Shown here piece by piece: positions 1-7,056 of a DNA stretch of 32,000 nucleotides (the first letter of the stretch is position 1; each line of letters begins with the position of its first letter). A model generated the notes under the pieces. The model was given only the letters and a program-made list of their open reading frames with translations. It searched no databases and was not told where the DNA came from. The stretch is from Pyrobaculum calidifontis JCM 11548 (lineage in GTDB: Archaea; Thermoproteota; Thermoprotei; Thermoproteales; Thermoproteaceae). Made by a program: the position numbers and the translations under genes. The stretch covers positions 1 through 32,000 of the forward strand of contig NC_009073.1 in the NCBI RefSeq assembly GCF_000015805.1, given 5' to 3'.

Positions 1-2
1 TA

Positions 3-308
3 ATATACGTGGGCGTCGCACATGTCCTCGTTATAACTGTGCCAAAGAAGGAGCGGATTGTTGCTAGAGACTTATGCGACTGCCTTTACTACTACGACCA
101 AGCGGTTGAGTGCCGTGTTCTCTCTCCAAGCAGGGTGTATATTCGAACAAGCATTGATTATTTGCATGAATGTTTAAAATTAAAATACTTTGAGAAATTA
201 ATTAAAAATATAGAAATATTTGATTTTGTAAGTACTAGTAAGCCTAGTTGTACTGAGTGTCGCGTAATTCAGATAGGAGATCTCTACTTTGTCAAAAGTA
301 GAGTTTAG
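3..308 (+). CDS. hypothetical protein; 3' end of an ORF open to the left window edge (possibly spurious)
   Basis: The frame is open from position 3 to TAG at 306-308. The first ~130 nt look like normal GC-rich coding sequence. The distal half runs through a strongly A/T-rich tract (136-243) that I alternatively read as an origin unwinding element. No recognisable motifs. Confidence 0.25.
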   Translation: MYVGVAHVLVITVPKKERIVARDLCDCLYYYDQAVECRVLSPSRVYIRTSIDYLHECLKLKYFEKLIKNIEIFDFVSTSKPSCTECRVIQIGDLYFVKSRV

Positions 309-378
309 TAAAACTTTCAGTTTTCAGTGGTCCTCTTAAACTATAGTAGACTGAAAGTTTTTAAGCCGGATTGTCCAT
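136..378. other. candidate replication origin / Orc1-Cdc6 binding region (A/T-rich tract plus ORB-like inverted repeats)
   Basis: A/T-rich tract at 136-243. Perfect 9-bp inverted repeat CTCTACTTT (282-290) / AAAGTAGAG (295-303). Perfect 11-bp inverted repeat AAAACTTTCAG (310-320) / CTGAAAGTTTT (351-361). TTTTCAGTGG at 321-330 carries a CAGTGG core. The region lies immediately upstream of cdc6. Confidence 0.4.
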
Positions 379-1551
379 ATGCACATGGTCATAATTGATG
401 AGGCAGTCTTCTCCCCCAGCTATGTCCCAGAGAGACTTCCGCACAGAGAAGAACAGATCCAGCAACTAGACGCCTTGTTCGGTGGGTGGCTCCGTAATCC
501 TGGCCGTCACTATCCGCGTGTGGTACTTCTAGGAAGACCAGGCACAGGCAAAACTGCCACATTACGTAGATTTTGGTCTACTATAAAAAATGAGACAAAT
601 GTAAAATTTGTTCATATAAACTGCTTTATATATAGAAATTTTAGCACTATTATAGGAGAAATTGCAAAGTCGTTAAATATCCCGTTTCCGAGGAGGGGTC
701 TCAGTAAAGACGAATTTCTCTCACTACTCATAGAACATCTACGCGAGAGAGACCTCTACATATTCCTGGCATTGGATGATGCCTTTAATCTCTCCGCAGA
801 CGTCTTGTCGACATTTATAAGACTAGGCCAAGAGTCCGACAGGCTTGGCGCATTTAGAATTGCGCTGGCAGTTGTTGGCCACAGCGACAGTATGATCAAT
901 AACTTAGACCCTTCAACGCGTGGGATTATGGGCAAGTTTGTAATACGCTTTCCTCCCTACACCAGGGACCAGATATTTGACATAATACTGGAGAGGGCGC
1001 AGATGGGGCTTGCCCCTGGCGCTTACAGCGACGAGGTTCTACAAATGATAGCAGACTTAACTGGCGCACAAAGCCCCCTAGACTCAAGCAAGGGGGATGC
1101 GAGACTTGCCATAGATATACTATACCGCTCGGCATATATCGCCCAGCAATCTGGGAGAAGGCAAATAACGCCTGAGGACGTCAGGAGGGCAACCAAGGAG
1201 GTTCTCTTTGGAGTCTCGGAGGAGGTGCTTAGAGGTCTTTCTCTACATGAGAAGTTGTTCCTACTGGCGATAGTAAGAGCTTTGAAAAGCACAAACAGCC
1301 CGTATGTTACCTTTGGCGATGTTGAAGATATGTATAAGATGATATGTGAAGAATTTGATGAGAAGCCGAGAGTGCATACACAGCTATGGACATATCTAAG
1401 CGATTTGAGAGATAAGGGGATCGTAGAGACGCGGTTAAACAAAAGAGGGGAGGGGGTGCGGGGGCGTACTACTCTTATCTCCATAGGATCGGAACCCCTG
1501 GATACGTTAGAGGCCGTTGTTACGAAGCTTATTAGAGAGGAGCTACAATGA
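379..1551 (+). CDS. cdc6: Orc1/Cdc6 replication initiator (AAA+ ATPase with C-terminal winged helix)
   Basis: 390 aa. Walker A GRPGTGKT, Walker B-like LALDDAF, and the typical archaeal Orc1/Cdc6 layout including the N-terminal YVPERLPHREEQ motif. An alternative ATG at 385 fits the TATA-like box at 357-364 slightly better. Confidence 0.95.
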   Translation: MHMVIIDEAVFSPSYVPERLPHREEQIQQLDALFGGWLRNPGRHYPRVVLLGRPGTGKTATLRRFWSTIKNETNVKFVHINCFIYRNFSTIIGEIAKSLNIPFPRRGLSKDEFLSLLIEHLRERDLYIFLALDDAFNLSADVLSTFIRLGQESDRLGAFRIALAVVGHSDSMINNLDPSTRGIMGKFVIRFPPYTRDQIFDIILERAQMGLAPGAYSDEVLQMIADLTGAQSPLDSSKGDARLAIDILYRSAYIAQQSGRRQITPEDVRRATKEVLFGVSEEVLRGLSLHEKLFLLAIVRALKSTNSPYVTFGDVEDMYKMICEEFDEKPRVHTQLWTYLSDLRDKGIVETRLNKRGEGVRGRTTLISIGSEPLDTLEAVVTKLIREELQ

Positions 1552-1835
1552 TAGAGATTGTGCTGGGATCTGGGTTGCGTGTTAGAGTAATATTAGCCTT
1601 GTGGAAATATGGGGAATTACACACTACAGAGCTGGCCCACAGACTAGGTACAAACTACCGACTTCTCATGCGACATATAGGGGTTCTCTCGAGATATGGA
1701 ATAGTAGAAGAGCGGCGTATAGGACGGTTGAGGTTGGTGAAGCTTAGTAATAAAACACATGTGATAGAGCTTGCTAAAGCGCTTGCCAAAATGGAAGAAT
1801 ACCTAGAGGCTACTTATAAAGATACAACTCTATAG
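1548..1835 (+). CDS. small winged-helix (ArsR/TrmB-like) DNA-binding protein
   Basis: 95 aa. HTH-like segment HTTELAHRLGTNYRLLMRHIGVLSRYGIVEE followed by a wing (RIGRLRLVKL). Its ATG overlaps the cdc6 stop as ATGA (1548-1551). Confidence 0.7.
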   Translation: MIEIVLGSGLRVRVILALWKYGELHTTELAHRLGTNYRLLMRHIGVLSRYGIVEERRIGRLRLVKLSNKTHVIELAKALAKMEEYLEATYKDTTL

Positions 1836-3095
1836 TAGATTTTTTATGTCAATGGGGCTTATCCCCAACGCTCTTGCAAGTCTCTCAACTACATGATCGT
1901 CCTTCTTAGCCAGAGCAGATAGTACATAAAATATTTCAGCATTTACCAGTCCCTTTGACACATGTAAATTTCTAGCGAGATATTCTACAACCATTTCTCT
2001 GCGTCTGCGGGCCTCCTTACTCTTGGCCAAGAGAAGTAGTCGCTGGGGAAACCCGTATCTAATAAACGGCGGTAGGCGAGGCTTATTTTTGACTTGAGAA
2101 ACTCCGCCTAGTGCAAGCTCCATTGCATATGACAGGAGTTCCCACTCTTGTGTTCGTTTAACTATTCCTATAAACATGTCTGCTTTGCTTAATCTGTCAA
2201 AAGCCTCAGACATGACCTCTAGGTCTTTATAAACTATGGGAATTGTCTCGAGAGCCCACACGAAGTATTGTTCCCAGTCAAAAGATGGGTTAAACGAGAC
2301 GGCGCGTGCTTCGTCAAACCAACGCGCCTTATATACTCTATCTAAGATTTCAAACATAGAAAGCTGGGGGTTTCTCTCCCCCGCCCTCTTTATGTCGTCA
2401 ACTGTTAAAACTTTGCGCCCCGCCAAGTACAGCTGTAGGTCGTTTATTGCGGCCCGCAAATCGCCGTAGGAGGATTTGGCCAAGCTTCTAAGAGCCTCTT
2501 CTTCACACTTGGCACCTTCGCTGGCACAAATTCTCTTGAGCACTTCAACTACTTCGTCCTCGGAGAGCCTCTTTAGCCCAACCACTAGGGAGATGTCGCG
2601 GAGCGGCCGTAGCTTGGGGTCAAATGGGTTGTTGGCAGTTAGCACTATTGGCACTTTGGCCGTCTCTATTAGGTTAAGTATGGCCTCAAGTCCCCCTAAG
2701 TCTTCTTTTACATGTAGTCCATCCACTTCGTCAAATAAGACGATTTTACCCGCGTATCCGAAGAGAGATGCCTCTCTAAGTCCGCGGCCCACCACCTGCC
2801 TAATCCGCTCGCCTGTTCTTACGTCACTTGCGTTAAGCTCCACGAGCTCATATCCGATCTCCTTAGCCAAGGCGTGCACAAGCGTTGTTTTTCCAATGCC
2901 CGGGGGGCCCCATAGGAGCACAGCCCTAGCCTCTTTTATCTCTTTGTCTCTCCGCTTTGCCCAACGGGCGCAAAACTCCTGCGGAGCTTTAAACCGTGTA
3001 CAAATCCACGAGGCCAAAATCTGCTTGGCTTCCTCTTGGTTTACAATCTCTGAAAAACTCTTGGGGCGGTATTTCTCCACCCAAGGTATTGGCAT
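1830..3095 (-). CDS. rfcL: replication factor C large subunit
   Basis: 421 aa. N-terminal PWVEKYRPKSF, Walker A GPPGIGKTT, Walker B LFDEVD. Its ATG overlaps the rfcS stop as TAATG. Confidence 0.93.
   Translation of the reverse strand: MPIPWVEKYRPKSFSEIVNQEEAKQILASWICTRFKAPQEFCARWAKRRDKEIKEARAVLLWGPPGIGKTTLVHALAKEIGYELVELNASDVRTGERIRQVVGRGLREASLFGYAGKIVLFDEVDGLHVKEDLGGLEAILNLIETAKVPIVLTANNPFDPKLRPLRDISLVVGLKRLSEDEVVEVLKRICASEGAKCEEEALRSLAKSSYGDLRAAINDLQLYLAGRKVLTVDDIKRAGERNPQLSMFEILDRVYKARWFDEARAVSFNPSFDWEQYFVWALETIPIVYKDLEVMSEAFDRLSKADMFIGIVKRTQEWELLSYAMELALGGVSQVKNKPRLPPFIRYGFPQRLLLLAKSKEARRRREMVVEYLARNLHVSKGLVNAEIFYVLSALAKKDDHVVERLARALGISPIDIKNLL
1840..1845 (+). terminator. oligo-T tract, candidate archaeal terminator for the cdc6-wHTH transcript
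   Basis: T6 run beginning 5 nt after the wHTH stop codon (1833-1835). It lies inside the 3' end of the convergent rfcL gene. Confidence 0.35.
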
Positions 3096-4075
3096 TATCT
3101 CTTCTTTGGCGCAACCCTTATCTTTTTGCCAATGGATCCAAGTTTCATGAGAAAGTACATCAATTGAATTTCTTCATCGGCACCCTGCGTCAATCTATAA
3201 TCTACTTCAGATAGCAACTCGGCAACCTCGGCCTTAACGTCGTCGTCTAGTTGCATCCTTATTAACTCTCTCTGAAATACCCTTATTAAGTCGACGCCAG
3301 CTACGCCTTTTATGTACATAAGCTCTCTCAACTTATCCCGCGCCTTAGCCAAATCGCCGCCCATGGCCAAGTTAAACAGCTCAAGCACATCAGAGGGTCT
3401 AACAGCCGCGGCCGCAGAGGCCACCGCGTTTGCGTCAACCACCTTACTTACAGCCGCGGCGACTTGAAGCAGGTTTATAGCCTTCCTCATATCCCCCTCA
3501 GAGATCTCGTAGATTAGGTCTATGGCGTCGTCCTTAAGCTCAACGCCCTCGGACCTCGCAATTTCCCGTAACCTCTCTGCCATTAAGTGGCGCGGCATGG
3601 GAGAAAAGCGGAAGACGGCGCAACGTGAAATAATTGGGTCAATGATCCTGCTTACGTAGTTTGCTAGTAGTATGAATCTGGTGTTTTGTGCGTATATTTC
3701 CATTATTCTGCGTAGTGCTTGTTGGGCGTCTGAGGTCATGTTGTCTGCTTCGTCGAGTATTACGAGTTTGAAGGGGGCCTTTCCCACGGGCGCCGTTCTG
3801 GCGAACTCTTTTACTCGCTCTCTTATTACTCCGATTCCTCTCTCGTCTGAGGCGTTTAGCTCGAGGGTGTTCTCACGCCAGTACTCCCCATACAGCTCTC
3901 TCGCCAAGACCAGGGCCATCGTCGTCTTCCCAGTGCCAGGAGGCCCGTAGAAGAGGAGATGCGGCAAATTCCCCGCCTTGACAAACTCCCTAAGCCTAGC
4001 CTTAACCTCCTCAAGATCCACCACCTCCTCAAAACTACGCGGCCTATACTTCTCAAACCAAAAAAGCTCACTCAT
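3095..4075 (-). CDS. rfcS: replication factor C small subunit
   Basis: 326 aa. [24 protein letters not shown]-like [12 protein letters not shown] motif (ISRCAVFRF). TATA-like TTTTTAA lies about 22-28 nt upstream. Confidence 0.95.
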
Positions 4076-4105
4076 GGCAGTAGAACTACTTGAGTTAAAA
4101 ACAGT

Positions 4106-4795
4106 TTAACGAGATGCTGCAGCTATACGTTCAAGCTCTTCGCGCTTCCTAACTGCATAGCTCTTGGGATCGTTGGCGGCGGCGGCCATGATCTCGTCCG
4201 CTAGACACTCCTCAATTGGCTTAGGGTTGTTGAAGGAGCACTGTCTAGCCCCCTCTGTGATCCACCTCAGCGAAAGATCTAGACGCCTCTGAGGCGACAC
4301 GTCCACAGACACTGAGTAGGCTATGCCGCCCATGATAATCCTTGTTATCTCCTCCCGCGGCGCAGTATTTATAATAGCATCAATAAATACTTGTATAGGA
4401 TTTCTTCCAGTCTTATAATATATTATCTCAAATGCCCTCTTAACTATATTGTACGCCTTATGTTTCTTCCCCGTATTTCTCCCAGGCCGCATTAATAAAT
4501 TCACCAGACGCTCGACAATCGGAATGTGCGCCTTTCCAAACCTACGCTTTTGGTAGCGCCCCTCGGTATGTGGAAGAACTACGGGCTTTAGGCATATGTA
4601 CCTCCTCAGCCCAGGGTCTCTAACGACGACGTCCTCAAAGCTCCACTTGCCAAACAACAGAATTGGGTTCCCGTCGAGCGTCTTTAATTCTCTGGGACAT
4701 TCCTCAATTATTGGGACGTCGCCTATGTACTCCACTCGACTAGTCTTAGGCAGCTGCTCGCCGAAGATCGATGCCATCGCCGCACCTACAGTCAA
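4106..4795 (-). CDS. rps7: 30S ribosomal protein uS7 (S7P/S5e)
   Basis: 229 aa. Conserved archaeal S7 blocks [34 protein letters not shown] and the C-terminal [16 protein letters not shown]. The start may be the second Met (MASIF...). Confidence 0.93.
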   Translation of the reverse strand: MTVGAAMASIFGEQLPKTSRVEYIGDVPIIEECPRELKTLDGNPILLFGKWSFEDVVVRDPGLRRYICLKPVVLPHTEGRYQKRRFGKAHIPIVERLVNLLMRPGRNTGKKHKAYNIVKRAFEIIYYKTGRNPIQVFIDAIINTAPREEITRIIMGGIAYSVSVDVSPQRRLDLSLRWITEGARQCSFNNPKPIEECLADEIMAAAANDPKSYAVRKREELERIAAASR

Positions 4796-4798
4796 GTT

Positions 4799-5014
4799 TT
4801 AAATATTTTCCACCTTCTCTGACAGTATATCCTCCACGGCGATTCTCGCTTTGTCATATTCGGCGTTGAGGCTGTGTAAAATACGTCGATACACATCTAT
4901 GTACGAGGCGCTCTCCGCTTCTGCAATTTTGGTTGCCAAGCTCAGGAGAAATGAGGGAGAACAATCTACCACATACCTACTGTTCCCCCAAGCCACTACA
5001 CATAGGCCTTTCAC
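4799..5014 (-). CDS. hypothetical small protein (71 aa)
   Basis: GTG start with TATA-like AAATTTAAC about 25-30 nt upstream on the minus strand. The stop lies 3 nt before the rps7 ATG. No motif recognised. Confidence 0.4.
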   Translation of the reverse strand: MKGLCVVAWGNSRYVVDCSPSFLLSLATKIAEAESASYIDVYRRILHSLNAEYDKARIAVEDILSEKVENI

Positions 5015-5082
5015 GACTGGTTGACGAGCGAGAAGTTAAATTTCTGCCATGTATAAATAAGTCGGGGGAGAGTGCACTGAAA

Positions 5083-5307
5083 CTAATTAATTCTAAGTTT
5101 CCACTTGGTGTTACACCGCCTGCCCCCGTAGCACTGTCCTATATATTCGACAACCCCCTCTTTTCTTAGACGCGTGAGCACTGCAGTCACAGTGTGCCTT
5201 TTAATTCCAAGAATTCTGGCTATGTCGGCGCTACTCAGCTCCCCCCGCTCCTGTAATAATCTAATGATGGCCTCGGCGATGGCCCTCACGTCACTTCCAC
5301 TACGCAT
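5083..5307 (-). CDS. small winged-helix transcriptional regulator (MarR/TrmB-like)
   Basis: 74 aa. HTH-like LSSADIARILGIKRHTVTAVLTRLRKEGVVEY. Confidence 0.7.
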   Translation of the reverse strand: MRSGSDVRAIAEAIIRLLQERGELSSADIARILGIKRHTVTAVLTRLRKEGVVEYIGQCYGGRRCNTKWKLRIN

Positions 5308-5328
5308 ATGCCAAAGTCGTTGCTAGCT

Positions 5329-5745
5329 TTATATCTTTTTAAAGCCGGCACCACATGAGCCTAGATGAGCGGGGTCAGAGGATCTGAGTCGTGAAGATCG
5401 GCGGATATATGAGGCGATGGTTTTAACCACGACGGCCGCCACATTGGAAAACCCAGATAGCTCTTTAAACACGGCGATTGTCTTCTTCAACAGTTGCATG
5501 GGGGGAGCTGCGTCTGGCTCTCCATCGTACCATATAAAACACCGCTTAAACCAACATATCTGCAGGTAGTACAATACGCCGTCCTCTACGTCGTACTCAG
5601 CCTCAGCCTCGAATAGCCCATGCCTAACGTATAGATATTCTCCAGCCACTTTGCCCCCACTCTTGATGATCTCCTTCTTTATTACTAAACCGCCCTTTCT
5701 AATATAAAGAGAGAGCTCCTCAGCCACGTATACGTGAAAAAGCAA
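5329..5745 (-). CDS. hypothetical protein (138 aa)
   Basis: ORF with a TTG start (5745) or GTG start (5727). TATA-like CTATATTTT (minus-strand reading of 5764-5772) lies about 20-28 nt upstream. No recognisable domain. Confidence 0.5.
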   Translation of the reverse strand: MLFHVYVAEELSLYIRKGGLVIKKEIIKSGGKVAGEYLYVRHGLFEAEAEYDVEDGVLYYLQICWFKRCFIWYDGEPDAAPPMQLLKKTIAVFKELSGFSNVAAVVVKTIASYIRRSSRLRSSDPAHLGSCGAGFKKI

Positions 5746-5786
5746 AAATAAAGTCGTGCAGACAAAATATAGAAGATGTGAGTAAT

Positions 5787-5835
5787 ATGACGAAGACGGG
5801 ATGTGCTGAGATGTGACGAGGTAGAACCCACCGAT
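5787..5835 (+). ncRNA. weak box C/D sRNA candidate (degenerate boxes)
   Basis: The spacing 7-12-4-3-7-12-4 matches archaeal C/D sRNAs. C = ATGACGA (5787-5793), 12-nt guide, D' = CTGA (5806-5809), 3-nt spacer, C' = GTGACGA (5813-5819), 11-12-nt guide, D = CCGA (5831-5834) or CGAT, then T5 (5835-5839). Both C boxes carry UGACGA rather than UGAUGA, and the D box is non-canonical. Confidence 0.35.
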
Positions 5836-5844
5836 TTTTATACG

Positions 5845-6618
5845 TCAAATAGTCGGTAAATACGTCACAGGTACCATGGGCTCTCGGACTTGGCCTTTGA
5901 CAACCACCCCTACCTTCGGCACTATTTCTACCTCATAAATCCCCGGATGTACGGGGCTCCAGCGCATTTTTCTAATAAACATGACACGTTTAAAGGCTCC
6001 ATCTCGCGTCTTAGCTATGCCCATGATGAATACCCCCGTGGCTAAGAACTCCTCTACGCCATATCTACTGATGGCTCCTGAGCCGGAGGGAATCTCGGTA
6101 GTTATGATGTTAGTAGTCGCTATCTCCCTCTCTATGCTCATCACCAGCACCCTGATATACTCCCTAAGCACTTGCACGTCTTTGTCAAGCGAAACCAGAG
6201 GAGCTATTGGGTCTATGACCAGCCGCTGAGCCCCCAATGCCGCCACATAGTCCCGTATCGAGGCCACAAGCGATTTCGCAATTGCCGTGGGGTCCTTTTC
6301 TCTAATTCTCTCTACAATGTCCATCTCTGGCACAAGCACCTCCAAGAGGCCCTTGGCCCTAAGCTCCTCTATATCCCAGCCAAATCTCCTCGCGCCTTCT
6401 ACAAATTGTTCATATGTCTCATCTACGGAGATGTATATGCCGGGTTCCCCATATTTAAGGGCGCCTTGTATTAAAAACGTAAGCGCGGTCAAAGTCTTTG
6501 CAGTACCTGTTTCGCCAGATATGAGGTATGTCCTCCCCCTGATAAACCCCCCTCCGAGCACTGTGTCAAGACCCTCTATGCCTGTGGGCACTGTCTCATA
6601 GTATAAGTGCCCTTCCAC
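5845..6618 (-). CDS. single-domain KaiC/RecA-superfamily ATPase
   Basis: 257 aa. N-terminal VPTGIEGLDTVLGGGFIRGRTYLISGETGTAKT (Walker A with AKT instead of GKT), Walker B-like RLVIDPI, and the overall KaiC-like layout. TATA-like TATTTATAAT lies about 20-28 nt upstream. Confidence 0.85.
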   Translation of the reverse strand: MEGHLYYETVPTGIEGLDTVLGGGFIRGRTYLISGETGTAKTLTALTFLIQGALKYGEPGIYISVDETYEQFVEGARRFGWDIEELRAKGLLEVLVPEMDIVERIREKDPTAIAKSLVASIRDYVAALGAQRLVIDPIAPLVSLDKDVQVLREYIRVLVMSIEREIATTNIITTEIPSGSGAISRYGVEEFLATGVFIMGIAKTRDGAFKRVMFIRKMRWSPVHPGIYEVEIVPKVGVVVKGQVREPMVPVTYLPTI

Positions 6619-6660
6619 AGCTTCTCCATGGCTACATTATAAATACTCTTCTCTTACGCG

Positions 6661-7044
6661 CTACCGCAGGCGTTCTCCTGTGAACGCCATTGGCAGTAAT
6701 TCGCTAAGTCTCGCTGTTTTGACCTTGTTGCGGCTGGCCATTACCACTAGGGCGTTTGGATTAAATTCGGCTATTACCTGCCTACACGCGCCACAAGGGG
6801 CCACGGGCTCGTCTGCGTCTACATACACCGCCACAACTTCTATGTCTCTATCGCCCTCAGAGACTGCCTTAAATATTGCGACACGCTCTGCACACACGGT
6901 GAGGCCGTACGATGCATTTTCTACATTTACGCCTGTATAAACTTTCCCACTCCTAGTCTTCACGGCCGCAGCCACCTTAAACTTGGAGTAGGGCGCATAG
7001 GCGTTGTTTAAAACAGCCTTCGCCGCCTCTACTAACTCGTCCAT
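6661..7044 (-). CDS. cdd: cytidine deaminase (small homotetrameric type)
   Basis: 127 aa. AYAPYSKFKVAAAV, zinc ligand motifs CAERVA and PCGACRQVIAEF. Confidence 0.92.
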   Translation of the reverse strand: MDELVEAAKAVLNNAYAPYSKFKVAAAVKTRSGKVYTGVNVENASYGLTVCAERVAIFKAVSEGDRDIEVVAVYVDADEPVAPCGACRQVIAEFNPNALVVMASRNKVKTARLSELLPMAFTGERLR

Positions 7045-7056
7045 GCGCCTTTATAA

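Noticed and set aside
141-148. ATTCGAAC (minus-strand GTTCGAAT), a tRNA T-loop-like string; general tRNA search of all intergenic gaps
   Set aside because: No flanking 5-bp T-stem, acceptor or anticodon arms can be drawn. No other GTTC(G/A)AATC-type T-loops were seen in the window, so no tRNA is called.
575-690. Short A/T-rich islands inside cdc6 (575-690), rps7 (4375-4500) and the kinase gene (17985-18095)
   Set aside because: They encode conserved or plausible K/I/N/Y/F-rich peptide segments in frame (for example [22 protein letters not shown] in uS7). Amino-acid composition explains them, with no need for insertions or regulatory elements.
1023-1484. 153-aa ORF (and the 69-aa ORF at 926-1135) antisense to cdc6
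   Set aside because: Both lie entirely inside the well-supported cdc6 frame. They are Ser/Arg/Leu-rich shadow frames with no promoter-like box and no motifs.
2476-3150. 224-aa ORF antisense to rfcL (also 2236-2469, 2996-3214, 3672-3950, 3856-4071)
   Set aside because: This is an extremely Ser/Thr/Leu-rich low-complexity translation, typical of the reverse frame of a GC-rich gene. The opposite strand carries unmistakable RFC motifs.
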